Below are positions 1-9,435 of a stretch of 64,000 bases of DNA, piece by piece. Both the position numbers and the translations under genes were made by a program. The notes under the pieces were generated by a model. It was given only the letters and a program-made list of their open reading frames with translations. It was not told where the DNA came from and did not search any database. Where the stretch lies: NCBI GenBank assembly GCA_013166775.1, contig JABLTJ010000008.1, positions 1 to 64,000 of the forward strand, read 5' to 3'. Numbering within the stretch: the stretch's first letter is position 1; each line of letters opens with the position of its first letter. The stretch is from Promethearchaeati archaeon (GTDB taxonomy: Archaea; Asgardarchaeota; Heimdallarchaeia; Heimdallarchaeales; Heimdallarchaeaceae).

Positions 1-393
1 ATATGCTCTGATTGCTTCAAGACGACCTACTATCTCATTCTTATTATCAGTCACTCCTCTAGCGAAAATTTTGCCATCTCTAATAGTAGGTTCAAAGGGT
101 GGAGAATCCCAAAGTTCAATGGGATCTTCAGGTTGAACATCATAATGGTCGTAAAAAAGAATAGTTTTATCTGCTCCTACATTCATTTCCGCACAAAAAA
201 CTGGTTTGGTTGGTGTTTCAGCAACAAAATAATCAAAACCCGCATCTCCAAAAGCCCGACGAAGATAATCAATAGCTTCCTGAGTACCTGTATTTTTAGC
301 TGCGACGCTTGGGATTCGTAAAAAGTTTTTTAAAAGCTCTAATGATTGTTCTCTATTCTGCTCGATTATCTGGAAAACTTCATCAAGTGACAT
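1..393 (-). CDS. M20/M25/M40 family metallopeptidase (5' part; runs off the window edge)
   Basis: Not in ORF track. Manual translation from ATG 393: MSLDEVFQIIEQNRE...TILFYDHYDVQPEDPIELWDSPPFEPTIRDGKIFARGVTDNK, the M20 HxDVQP and RGxxDxK motifs. Confidence 0.9.
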   Translation of the reverse strand, partial: MSLDEVFQIIEQNREQSLELLKNFLRIPSVAAKNTGTQEAIDYLRRAFGDAGFDYFVAETPTKPVFCAEMNVGADKTILFYDHYDVQPEDPIELWDSPPFEPTIRDGKIFARGVTDNKNEIVGRLEAIRAY

Positions 394-472
394 ATTTCTC
401 GTTTAGTTCGTTTATAGTCAATTTAAAAACATTATCTACAAATCGCAATGAATGTAAACATGATAGAGAATC

Positions 473-1729
473 TTATTCTAAAAATTTAGTCCAATTAGGT
501 TTTCTTGTTCTGCAATTTGGACAAGTATCTGTTTTATCTAACCACATAATTAAATGATCCTTATGTGCGTAAATCCCACAACAAGATGTTTTAATAATCT
601 CTTTTGCTTCAGAAGGATAAAGATCTAGCAAACAAACACCACATTCAGGTCTATTCTTTCCACATTTTGGGCATTTTCTATCAGAAATATCTAAGGAGCA
701 ATTACACTCATAACACTTAATTTGCTCTACTTCAATCAAACCTGCATCTTCAGAGATTAATCTTTTGATAACAATTTTTAACACATTTAGAACATCTAGA
801 ACTCTTTCTGTTTCAGTGATTTCAGCTAAGAAGTATTTGCGATCTATTTTGAAAGAATCGATAAATGAATGAAGAGAATACAGTGCTTCAATGATTTTTT
901 CTTCTTCAAGTATTTTTTCTAAAATTTTTGGATGACTATAATCAATCAAGTAGATTTTTGCTAATTCGGGAATACTGAGTTCTATTCTTTCTTCTTCTTC
1001 GGTTTCAAATTTCATTAATACAAGAGAAAAAGGCTGAAATTTGCCAAATATGGCTTCAATTTTTGTTGCACCATTGATAAAATGCTCAATAATAACTGCT
1101 AATAGAGAGGAAAAATCGCTTTTTTCATGAAAATCAAATTGATAGCTTATGCTATCTTGATGAAAGGTTTTTTTGATATTTTGACCATGAATCTCATTAA
1201 TAGTTCCTTCTATTTTTTGACATTCTTCATAAAAACGAACGTCTAATAGTTTCTCATCTGCAGATAAATTTGAAATCGCTTCAGCAGATAATTCTCCCTT
1301 AAATTGATTTCTAATTTTCATTGAATCGTAATCAATTCCTTCTACAATTCTACCCATTTTGTAAAAATATATTTCTTTATCTGTACCTTTCAATTTGGAA
1401 GCTTTTAGATAAGATTGTATCATTTCAGCGAAAGCTAAATTTGCTCCTGCTGATGGAGACATTCCAATCCCTCTTCCTGGTGTTATTGGTCTATTATCTT
1501 CTGGTAGATATTCGAATCTTTTAGCATAGAAATTCATATCTGCAAATATTCCACTTGTTAGAAGCAATGTTACAGGTACAACAATCACAAATGATGCCAG
1601 AATAAACATAAATGTCTGAAATGATGCAAAAATTCCCACAAACGTTATTATGATAACGGCAGAAACAACTAGAATAATCCTCCATAATCCCAAGACTCTC
1701 TTAAAGAAATCTGTAACCCTTCTGCTCAT
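473..1729 (-). CDS. Membrane protein with C-terminal zinc ribbon and RING-finger-like domain (putative E3 ligase-like)
   Basis: Two N-terminal hydrophobic helices; CYECNC..CPKC ribbon, then CGVC...CCGIYAHKDHLIMW...CPNCR. Confidence 0.75.
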   Translation of the reverse strand: MSRRVTDFFKRVLGLWRIILVVSAVIIITFVGIFASFQTFMFILASFVIVVPVTLLLTSGIFADMNFYAKRFEYLPEDNRPITPGRGIGMSPSAGANLAFAEMIQSYLKASKLKGTDKEIYFYKMGRIVEGIDYDSMKIRNQFKGELSAEAISNLSADEKLLDVRFYEECQKIEGTINEIHGQNIKKTFHQDSISYQFDFHEKSDFSSLLAVIIEHFINGATKIEAIFGKFQPFSLVLMKFETEEEERIELSIPELAKIYLIDYSHPKILEKILEEEKIIEALYSLHSFIDSFKIDRKYFLAEITETERVLDVLNVLKIVIKRLISEDAGLIEVEQIKCYECNCSLDISDRKCPKCGKNRPECGVCLLDLYPSEAKEIIKTSCCGIYAHKDHLIMWLDKTDTCPNCRTRKPNWTKFLE

Positions 1730-1931
1730 AATTGTAGTACTCTGGGATTTTCAGATAAATAAAGGCATTCATTCACTCCCCTATGTTTTCAGTGCTTGCA
1801 ATTCGCAATTACATGGTAAGGGAACCTCTATGCAATTTTCTCAGATTGTATTTTCAAAAAAATGAAAGAGTTGTAGGAATATTATGTAATTATATGAGAT
1901 ATAATCTTATAACATACGTATTTTTTTACAG

Positions 1932-2819
1932 TTGATTCTCTTGAAAATTAGAGTTGTAACTAATGCAGCAGCAGATTTACCAGAAGAAATTTTGAAAGAA
2001 CACAATATTGCTAAAATCCCACATGTTGTTTATTTCGATGATAAAGAGTGGAAATTGGATGTTGATATATCCACAAATGATTTTTACGAATTATTAAGAA
2101 CTCAAAAAATTATTCCTCCAACTTCAAATCCTGAACCTTTAGATTTTCGTGATGTTTTTGAATCAAGTTTTGAAGAAGAGGGTTATGATCATATTTTTTG
2201 TGTAACAGCTGCAAAAGTTTTAGGTAGTTCTACATACTCAGCTGCAAGAATGGCTGCAAAGCAATTTAAAAACAAGATTACATTGATTGATACTGAATCA
2301 ACTTCTGGAGTGCAAGGTTTGATTGCTTTAAACATAATGGAACTAGCAGAGAAAGGAAAAACAGTAGAGCAAATTACACAAATAATTGAAAATTTAAAGA
2401 AAGAATCTTATTTAATCGGGGGATTTCATACGCTTGATAACATCTATAAATCAGGTAGGCTAGAATCCAAATTTGTTCTATATCTTACAAAATTTCTAAA
2501 AATCAAACCTATAGTAAAAATGGTGCCACCAGGAACGTTAGAATCACGGTTTCCAGGGTTATTTCTTAAAAGAACAATAATAACTCGTTTAAAGAAAATG
2601 GCATATAAGGATCTAGAAAGAGACTTAGAGTATGATATGATAGTTTCACATGTAGAAAATCCTAAAGCTGCAAATAAAATAATTAGTGAAATAAAGAAGA
2701 AAATTAAAATTAAAAAATGTCTCATAACATTTGCTGCACCAGTTGTTGGAACTCATACAGGATGGGGAACAGTTCTTGTTTCATTACTGCCTTCTATTGA
2801 AAAGGAGCATGCGAAATAG
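1932..2819 (+). CDS. DegV family fatty-acid-binding protein
   Basis: VVTNAAADLP, PTSNP, GGFHTL..KSGR, IKPI, VVGTHTG motifs. Confidence 0.9.
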   Translation: MILLKIRVVTNAAADLPEEILKEHNIAKIPHVVYFDDKEWKLDVDISTNDFYELLRTQKIIPPTSNPEPLDFRDVFESSFEEEGYDHIFCVTAAKVLGSSTYSAARMAAKQFKNKITLIDTESTSGVQGLIALNIMELAEKGKTVEQITQIIENLKKESYLIGGFHTLDNIYKSGRLESKFVLYLTKFLKIKPIVKMVPPGTLESRFPGLFLKRTIITRLKKMAYKDLERDLEYDMIVSHVENPKAANKIISEIKKKIKIKKCLITFAAPVVGTHTGWGTVLVSLLPSIEKEHAK

Positions 2820-2843
2820 AAATTACCAAAACTACTTGCTCTT

Positions 2844-3686
2844 TTAAATCTCTATTTTTTCGAAAAATATATTTGCCTTATTTGCTATCTCTTCCTCATT
2901 TCCTTTTTGTATTCTATGTTGTGTAGTTTTTAATTTCACAATCTCAGAATTTGGATTATGTAGGAATTTTTTTGATGCTTCAGGGTCTACAAAATAGTCC
3001 TTCTCTCCTACAAACATAATCAATGGAACATCTATCTCTTTTTGTCTATCTCTAATATCGTATTTGATGGTGAATTCAAGTACATATCTGCGTAGACACC
3101 AATTATCATTCACTTTCATACGCTCAGTTGCCCAACTAACATTTTGCGATTCCTTCGTTCTTCTTAATTTGAGGTATAATCCATAAAAAACAATAATTAT
3201 CTTCTGAATAAAATTCATCATAAAAGAAGGAAGCCAACCAAGGATAGGTAACCAGAAAGGAGTGTTTATCTTTTCTTCAGGGCTAATAACAGCTAATGCA
3301 TTAGGTTTGGGACCTTTTCCATTCAAATAGTAATCCATTGCCTGAAAACCTCCTGAGCATCCTCCAAAAATCGTGAAATTTCCATCTTCAATTTCCAATG
3401 ATTCCAAAACAAAAGCTAGTTCTCTCCTATATTCTTTCGGTGAATAGAATCCCTTTTTATGAGGAGCGATAGATTTTCCAAAACCTCTTGGTTCATAGAT
3501 AACTACATTTCCGTAGCTCATTAATGATTTAGCCAATGGTGAATAATTATCTATTCCACTTAGCCATCCTGGTATCAATACGATTGTTCGAGAAGAGTGC
3601 TTTTCATTTATTGAAGGAAATTTCGCTATTCTAACCTTGATTTCAGGATCTTTATTAGTAGAAATAAACTGTATATTTTCCTTCAT
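2844..3686 (-). CDS. Alpha/beta hydrolase
   Basis: LIPGW, EPRGFGKS, nucleophile elbow GCSGG, GEKD, C-terminal His. Confidence 0.85.
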   Translation of the reverse strand: MKENIQFISTNKDPEIKVRIAKFPSINEKHSSRTIVLIPGWLSGIDNYSPLAKSLMSYGNVVIYEPRGFGKSIAPHKKGFYSPKEYRRELAFVLESLEIEDGNFTIFGGCSGGFQAMDYYLNGKGPKPNALAVISPEEKINTPFWLPILGWLPSFMMNFIQKIIIVFYGLYLKLRRTKESQNVSWATERMKVNDNWCLRRYVLEFTIKYDIRDRQKEIDVPLIMFVGEKDYFVDPEASKKFLHNPNSEIVKLKTTQHRIQKGNEEEIANKANIFFEKIEI

Positions 3687-3792
3687 TAAGAGAGCAATAA
3701 GTCGTGGTTTAATTTAATTATTTCCCATTTTTATCAAATTCAGATACTTGATTGAATGAAAGATTTAAGAAATCTACTTATTTTTCTTCATT

Positions 3793-4989
3793 ATGGATAA
3801 AAAAAACAAACGTAATCTCAAATTTGATACACTCTGTTTACATGCAGGACATGATGTATTTGAGACAAACTCTATTGTTCCTCCTATTTATCAAAGTGTA
3901 GCTTATCCCTATGAGAGTGCTGAATATGCGGCTAAACTCTACAATTACGAAATTGAAGGCTTTACTTATGGAAGAATGGATAATCCAACAAGTAGAATCT
4001 TTGAGGATCGACTAGCAGCATTGGAACTATCAGAAAAGTCATTACTGGCATCTTCAGGAATGGCTGCAGAGTTTATCGCTTGTGTAGGTCTTCTGGAAAA
4101 AAATGATGAATTCGTGTCATCTGGAACTACTTATGGTGGTACAAACCAATTGTTTACTGTTACATTCCCAAAATTCGGTATGAATCCTCGCTTAGTATAT
4201 AATCCTGAAAACATAGATAATTGGGCGGAAGCAATTACTAACAAGACAAAATTCTTGTTTATTGAAACTCCATCCAATCCCAATCTATTTATTGGTGATA
4301 TAGAAGCCTTAGCAAAGCTTGCACACGATCATGGGCTACCCCTAATAGTAGACAATACAATTGGTTCTCCTGCACTTCAACAACCAGTAAAATTTGGAGC
4401 TGATATTATGGTTCATTCAGGAACCAAATATTTGAGTGGCAATTCTACTTGTATTTCAGGCGCAATTGTAGGTAAAGGTGAATACATAGATCACATCAAA
4501 GCTACTGAATATAGAAACATTGGTCCAGCTATTAGTCCTTTTAATAGCTGGTTGTTGCTACTGGGAGTAGAAACGCTAGGACTTAGAATGAAGAAACACA
4601 GTGAAAATGCTCAAGCTGTAGCTGAATTTCTTGAAGGTCACTCTAAAGTTGTTTCGGTTAACTATCCAGGACTACAAAATCACCCTCAGCATGAATTAGC
4701 TAAGAAACAAATGAAAGGTTTTAGCGCTTTGCTTTCTTTCGTTACTAAAGGTCAACTTGAAGACGCAAAGAATGTCATCGATGCTTTTAATCTATTCATA
4801 CATGCTGGGCATTTAGGTACATCTGTTTCTCTTGCAACCCATCCTGCATTCTCTACACATCAACAAATAACTCAAGAAGAAAGAATCAAACTAGGTATTC
4901 CCGATACAATGATTAGATTATCAATAGGTTTGGAAGACATTAACGATTTGATAGAAGACATAGATCAAGCATTATCGAGGATTAGTTAA
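3793..4989 (+). CDS. PLP-dependent Cys/Met metabolism enzyme (O-acetylhomoserine sulfhydrylase / methionine gamma-lyase family)
   Basis: PPIYQS, YGRMDNPT, SSGMAA, ETPSNP, VDNT, HSGTKY (PLP lysine), IRLSIGLE. Confidence 0.92.
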   Translation: MDKKNKRNLKFDTLCLHAGHDVFETNSIVPPIYQSVAYPYESAEYAAKLYNYEIEGFTYGRMDNPTSRIFEDRLAALELSEKSLLASSGMAAEFIACVGLLEKNDEFVSSGTTYGGTNQLFTVTFPKFGMNPRLVYNPENIDNWAEAITNKTKFLFIETPSNPNLFIGDIEALAKLAHDHGLPLIVDNTIGSPALQQPVKFGADIMVHSGTKYLSGNSTCISGAIVGKGEYIDHIKATEYRNIGPAISPFNSWLLLLGVETLGLRMKKHSENAQAVAEFLEGHSKVVSVNYPGLQNHPQHELAKKQMKGFSALLSFVTKGQLEDAKNVIDAFNLFIHAGHLGTSVSLATHPAFSTHQQITQEERIKLGIPDTMIRLSIGLEDINDLIEDIDQALSRIS

Positions 4990-4995
4990 GTTTTC

Positions 4996-6060
4996 TCAGG
5001 AAGCAATGAATTCCTTCAAAGTTTTAAAGAGGTTTTCAAAGGCTTCGAGATTTGCTATTTCATAGCCATGGCTATTTTCACGGACTTGTCCAATTGTTGC
5101 AAGTTGATCAGCAACTCCAGTTAACCCTACTGAACTAGCATCACTTGCAGCTCCTGTAAATATAGCTCGTTGAAGTTCGACTCCTACCGATTCTGCAGCT
5201 TTTGTTAAATCTTCTATCAACTCTGTACTATAGAACTGTCTACGATCCTTTAGCCAAATACCTGGTCGTTCATCCACTTCTAGTGGGGAATGAGAAGCTG
5301 TTGGACAACCATCGACAGCTATGAAATAAGTAGGCTGAATTTTTTGTGCAAGGGTTCGAGCACCAAAACAACTAGTTTCTTCTTGTACAGTAAAAGCTAT
5401 TGTAGTATCTATCTTTAGTCTAATTTTTTCCTCTTTTAAGATATTAAGCAATCTTAGCAGTGCAACAGCTCCCATTCGATCATCAAAAGTCCAAGCTGCT
5501 ATCAATGGATTGTCTTCTTCTCCTAAAATATGTGGTCCACAATCTGAACGGAGGGGAAGGATTCTTGTCCCTGCAATAATACCAAATTCCTGTAGTTTTT
5601 CTGGAGTATACCCAGTAACTACTTTCACCTCTTCCCATTTGATTTGTGTGTCAGTCTTTCTTCCTCCATGACCTGAACCCATAGCAGTAATACCTTTGAT
5701 AGTTTTATTTTTGCCAAAGATTTCTACCGGTCTTTCACCAAATTTCCAGGGTAGACTACCACCAACACGCTCAACGTTTAACGAACCATCATCATTAATT
5801 TTAGTTACCATTAAACCTATTTCGTCTATATGAGCTGCTAAGCAACACGAAATGTCATTTCTTTCTCCTTCAATTTTTACATATACGTTCCCAGTATGAT
5901 CCTTTACGGGATTATATCCCCAAGACTTTAGCTTAGTGATGATAAATTCAATCATTTCTCCTTCAGTACCAGAAGGTGCGGGAATAGCTAATAATTCTGA
6001 AAACATAGAGATAATTTCTTCTTGATAAGGCTGCATTATGACAGGTCTATTAAGCATCAA
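4996..6060 (-). CDS. M42 family aminopeptidase
   Basis: PSGTE, AAHIDEIG, FDDRMG, VQEE, SHGYE metal-ligand motifs. Confidence 0.88.
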   Translation of the reverse strand: MMLNRPVIMQPYQEEIISMFSELLAIPAPSGTEGEMIEFIITKLKSWGYNPVKDHTGNVYVKIEGERNDISCCLAAHIDEIGLMVTKINDDGSLNVERVGGSLPWKFGERPVEIFGKNKTIKGITAMGSGHGGRKTDTQIKWEEVKVVTGYTPEKLQEFGIIAGTRILPLRSDCGPHILGEEDNPLIAAWTFDDRMGAVALLRLLNILKEEKIRLKIDTTIAFTVQEETSCFGARTLAQKIQPTYFIAVDGCPTASHSPLEVDERPGIWLKDRRQFYSTELIEDLTKAAESVGVELQRAIFTGAASDASSVGLTGVADQLATIGQVRENSHGYEIANLEAFENLFKTLKEFIAS

Positions 6061-6097
6061 TAAAAAGTTTTTAGATAAAAATGATTATCTCAATTTT

Positions 6098-6130
6098 AAC
6101 AAAACAAAAAAGAGGGGGGAAGGGAGAAAA
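6098..6130 (-). terminator. Pyrimidine/T-rich archaeal terminator-like tract after tbp
   Basis: Minus strand directly after the tbp stop reads TTTTCTCCCTTCCCCCCTCTTTTTTGTTTTGTT. Confidence 0.5.
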
Positions 6131-6709
6131 TCAGAAATCAAAAGCATTGATTTCATCTAGGGTGTTATAGGTGTTTTCTACAGCTTGTCTAACTTGTTCT
6201 TCGGTTTTCGCACCTGTACAAACAAGATTACCTGATTGGAACAATAGAAGAACAGTTTTTGGCTCAGCAAGACGATAAATCAGACCTGGGAACTGTTCAG
6301 GTTCATACATTGAATGCTCAAGCCATAAAGCTGCAAGTTCAAGATTAATTGTTCGATGATTGAAATGTCCAGAAGCAACAATGTTCTGTACTATAATCTC
6401 TGGTTCTTCAGTAATTTTAGTTCCAACTGTTCTTAGAATTTTGATCATTTGTTGAACTCCTTCATGTACCATTTGAGTGGATTTAGCTCCAGTCAAAACA
6501 AGTTTTCCAGAACTGAAGACGAGACTTGAAATCTTGGGTTTTTTTATTTTTAGAATCAATCCAGGAAAAGTCTCAGGATTATAACTGACAAATAAGTCAT
6601 CATCATCAATAAGAGTTTGATAAGCAGTAACAAGATCGATAGTTGTAAAAAGATTAATGCTTGCTACAACGTTTTGAATTACTATACCATAATCAATTTT
6701 GGGTGCCAT
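6131..6709 (-). CDS. tbp: TATA-box binding protein
   Basis: Two repeats: QNVVAS..YNPETFPGL..FSSGKLVLTGAKS and QNIVAS..YEPEQFPGL..FQSGNLVCTGAKT. Confidence 0.98.
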   Translation of the reverse strand: MAPKIDYGIVIQNVVASINLFTTIDLVTAYQTLIDDDDLFVSYNPETFPGLILKIKKPKISSLVFSSGKLVLTGAKSTQMVHEGVQQMIKILRTVGTKITEEPEIIVQNIVASGHFNHRTINLELAALWLEHSMYEPEQFPGLIYRLAEPKTVLLLFQSGNLVCTGAKTEEQVRQAVENTYNTLDEINAFDF

Positions 6710-6855
6710 TTTCCCATCTATCCTTTATATATTGAACGAACAAAAAAGAGATTGTTTATAAAGCTTTTTATCAGCTGTTCAAAAAGAGATTTAAACAATA
6801 GGCTCTCTTATTCGATTCTACAGTAGGATGGTGTCACCTTACTGGATTGATTTTT

Positions 6856-7659
6856 TTAGACTTTACATTTACAATCTAATGGAACAGCTTTTGTAGCAAT
6901 AATTTTCTTCATAATTTCTTTAATCTGTTTTGTTTTCTGCTTGAAAAGCTCAACTACCTCTTCGTGTGAAACTTTCTCTTGCATACCCGCACCATAATTT
7001 GTGATTAAACACAAGGTTGCATAACACATTTTTAGTTCTCTTGCTAGAATTGATTCAGGAACTGTGGTCATTCCAACAACTGTTCCTCCCAATTTCTGAT
7101 ACATAATAATTTCAGCAGGTGTTTCGAATCTTGGGCCTTCTGAACAAATATGAACTCCTTTAGTGTAAACCATTTCTCCTATGTCTTCTACTGCTTTGAC
7201 AAATATATTCCTTAAATTAGGACAATATGGCTCAGTATAATCTAGATGAACAACTCCATCTCTTTTTGTTTTATCATCAAAACTAAAACTTGCTGTACCC
7301 TCAAAGAAAGTGAGTTGTCTGCTTTTAGTCATATCTATTATTTGATCTGGAACTACAAACTCTCCTGGATTTATACCTAAGTCTATTGAACCAACAGCAT
7401 TAGTGGCAAAAATCTGTTTAACACCAAGCTTATAGAGAGCATAAATGTTGGCTCTATAATTTATCAAATGAGGTGGTACAGAGTGTTTTGGACCATGCCT
7501 TGGGAGGAAGTAGATCTCATTATTACCATGTTTGGCTTTTACTATATTGTCCACTTTTCCATATGGTGTCTTTAAAGAAATATTTTCTGCTTTCTTAAAT
7601 AAATCATATACTCCTGATCCGCCAATAATAGCTATTTTCTTCTGCATCATTCTAAACAA
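6856..7659 (-). CDS. mtnP: S-methyl-5'-thioadenosine/purine nucleoside phosphorylase (MTAP family)
   Basis: IIGGSG, TPYG, LPRHG..H..PPH.INYRAN, EGPRFETPAE, VGMT. Confidence 0.92.
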   Translation of the reverse strand: MFRMMQKKIAIIGGSGVYDLFKKAENISLKTPYGKVDNIVKAKHGNNEIYFLPRHGPKHSVPPHLINYRANIYALYKLGVKQIFATNAVGSIDLGINPGEFVVPDQIIDMTKSRQLTFFEGTASFSFDDKTKRDGVVHLDYTEPYCPNLRNIFVKAVEDIGEMVYTKGVHICSEGPRFETPAEIIMYQKLGGTVVGMTTVPESILARELKMCYATLCLITNYGAGMQEKVSHEEVVELFKQKTKQIKEIMKKIIATKAVPLDCKCKV

Positions 7660-7689
7660 GATTAGTTATATTAAAAGAATGTTTCGCAA

Positions 7690-9435
7690 TTATGGGCCAT
7701 TTTTGAGGCTAGTCTTCTGTTTTGTAAAAATGATTTCAACCTCATCAATAGATTTCCACTTAACACTGCAACCTATGCTTTGACATATTGAGATTAAAGC
7801 TTCCTTAACCTCTGGAAAATGTTCCTTTAGTGTATCTAAAGGGATTTTTTGGTTTTCTTTAAGAAAATCTTCTACGTTTTTAATTATTTCATTGGTTACC
7901 AGTCCAAAACTCGAGATGAATTCAATCGAATTTTGCTTTAGAATGTCTTCTATTTCAGCTAATTGTAATATTTTCACAGTTTCTTCTGGTGAATAAGCTT
8001 TCAATCTTCTTTGGATATCTTGTAAAGATAATGTTGAGGATTGTTCAACGATTTCATTGCTAATTAATTTAATCTCCTTGGTAAAAATGGGGAATCTTTC
8101 TTCGAAGTCTGAGAAATTCTCTTCAAGTAACTTGAGCAGAATATTGTTTGGAATTTGAGCACTCGAATAATACAAGATTTTTGCATCTCTCACATCTGTA
8201 AAGTGCGTTTTTAATTCCTCATCTACCAGGTAAATTATTGGTAATTCCTGATTTGCTAGTTCTTTCATCTGGTTCTTCTTTTTCTGAATATATTTTAAGG
8301 TGTAAAATCCCACAATCTCAAGAAAAATACTTTTTCCACTTCTTTCCAATAAAAAATCAGGTACATACATTTTCTTTCCTATGATAATTGCTTCTGGCTC
8401 AGGAATTGCTTTCCAACCATGAAAGCTCTTCCAAGTTCTAAGAAATCTTTCCTCAACCTTGGAATCTATTTCAGGTTTGAAAGATTCTTCTTCGTTAGCT
8501 TTTGACATAGGAAGTAGAGGTAGATTATCAGATCTTAGAAAGAACAGTGCTTTTCTGTTTCTTGGTTTTACTATAGCTTGTAACTGAAAATCTATTTTAT
8601 CACGAAGTACAGATCTGATAATATACATCGCAACATTCGATATATTCTTCCCCCACCCTCCTTTTTCTCGAAACATTTCCAAGGGTGGTTCAATAGAGAT
8701 ACTGTACCCATCTTCATCAAGAATAATTTCTGTGAAAACATAATTCTTCTTCGAGATAAATATAAGGTTCTTGCCTAAATATCCGGGTAGTTTCTTAAGA
8801 AGAATATTGAAGCTTATACTAAAACAAAGGGTTGTCTCAATTGCATCAAGATTATAACTACTGATTAATCTTTGAGTTTCAACTGATTCATTCTTTTGTA
8901 GAATTTTCTCTGATTCTAGATCTAAAAACATTACTGTATCAAATTTATTCCTAGGAATAGCTAGTTCACTCTCGAGTAATTTTATTGTTTCTTCCCTTTC
9001 TGAGAGAGTTACAAACCCTTTCTCATCTCTATTTACAATTTCAAAGATTCTTGCACGAATTTGTGCAGGTGTTAAATCAAGTATAGCTGTTCTTTCAGCT
9101 CCTGAAGATGAAAGGAAGGATGTTATATCTTCTGATTTAGATTCTTTAATCTCTTTTTTAGTTTCTCCAAATATATCATCAGTTGTTTGAGAAAAAAATG
9201 AATAATATCTTGAAGCAGAAACTAATAACGATTTGGCAATTTTTTCTGATGGAAATAAACTCCAAAGAAACTGAAATGGAATATCTGATTTAACCTTTCC
9301 AAGATTTTCTTCAAGAAAATCTATGAATGTTTGAACTATCTTTCTTTCTTCTATCTGAAGATAGATAGGATTAAAAACTGCTTTTGAGCCAGTTCCAGTA
9401 ATTTCAAAATCAAATTCGGAAAGTGAAATTCTCAT
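7690..9435 (-). CDS. bax1: DUF790 / Bax1-like endonuclease, partner of XPB
   Basis: PEPE..VPDFLL..FLEIVGFYTLKYIQKK PD-(D/E)xK-type core; shares base 9435 with the XPB stop. Confidence 0.8.
   Translation of the reverse strand: MRISLSEFDFEITGTGSKAVFNPIYLQIEERKIVQTFIDFLEENLGKVKSDIPFQFLWSLFPSEKIAKSLLVSASRYYSFFSQTTDDIFGETKKEIKESKSEDITSFLSSSGAERTAILDLTPAQIRARIFEIVNRDEKGFVTLSEREETIKLLESELAIPRNKFDTVMFLDLESEKILQKNESVETQRLISSYNLDAIETTLCFSISFNILLKKLPGYLGKNLIFISKKNYVFTEIILDEDGYSISIEPPLEMFREKGGWGKNISNVAMYIIRSVLRDKIDFQLQAIVKPRNRKALFFLRSDNLPLLPMSKANEEESFKPEIDSKVEERFLRTWKSFHGWKAIPEPEAIIIGKKMYVPDFLLERSGKSIFLEIVGFYTLKYIQKKKNQMKELANQELPIIYLVDEELKTHFTDVRDAKILYYSSAQIPNNILLKLLEENFSDFEERFPIFTKEIKLISNEIVEQSSTLSLQDIQRRLKAYSPEETVKILQLAEIEDILKQNSIEFISSFGLVTNEIIKNVEDFLKENQKIPLDTLKEHFPEVKEALISICQSIGCSVKWKSIDEVEIIFTKQKTSLKNGP

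Noticed and set aside
133-557. Short plus-strand ORFs 133..321 and 309..557, and similar 60-155 aa track ORFs overlapping long genes
   Set aside because: Antisense or out-of-frame shadows of well-supported genes, with no motifs
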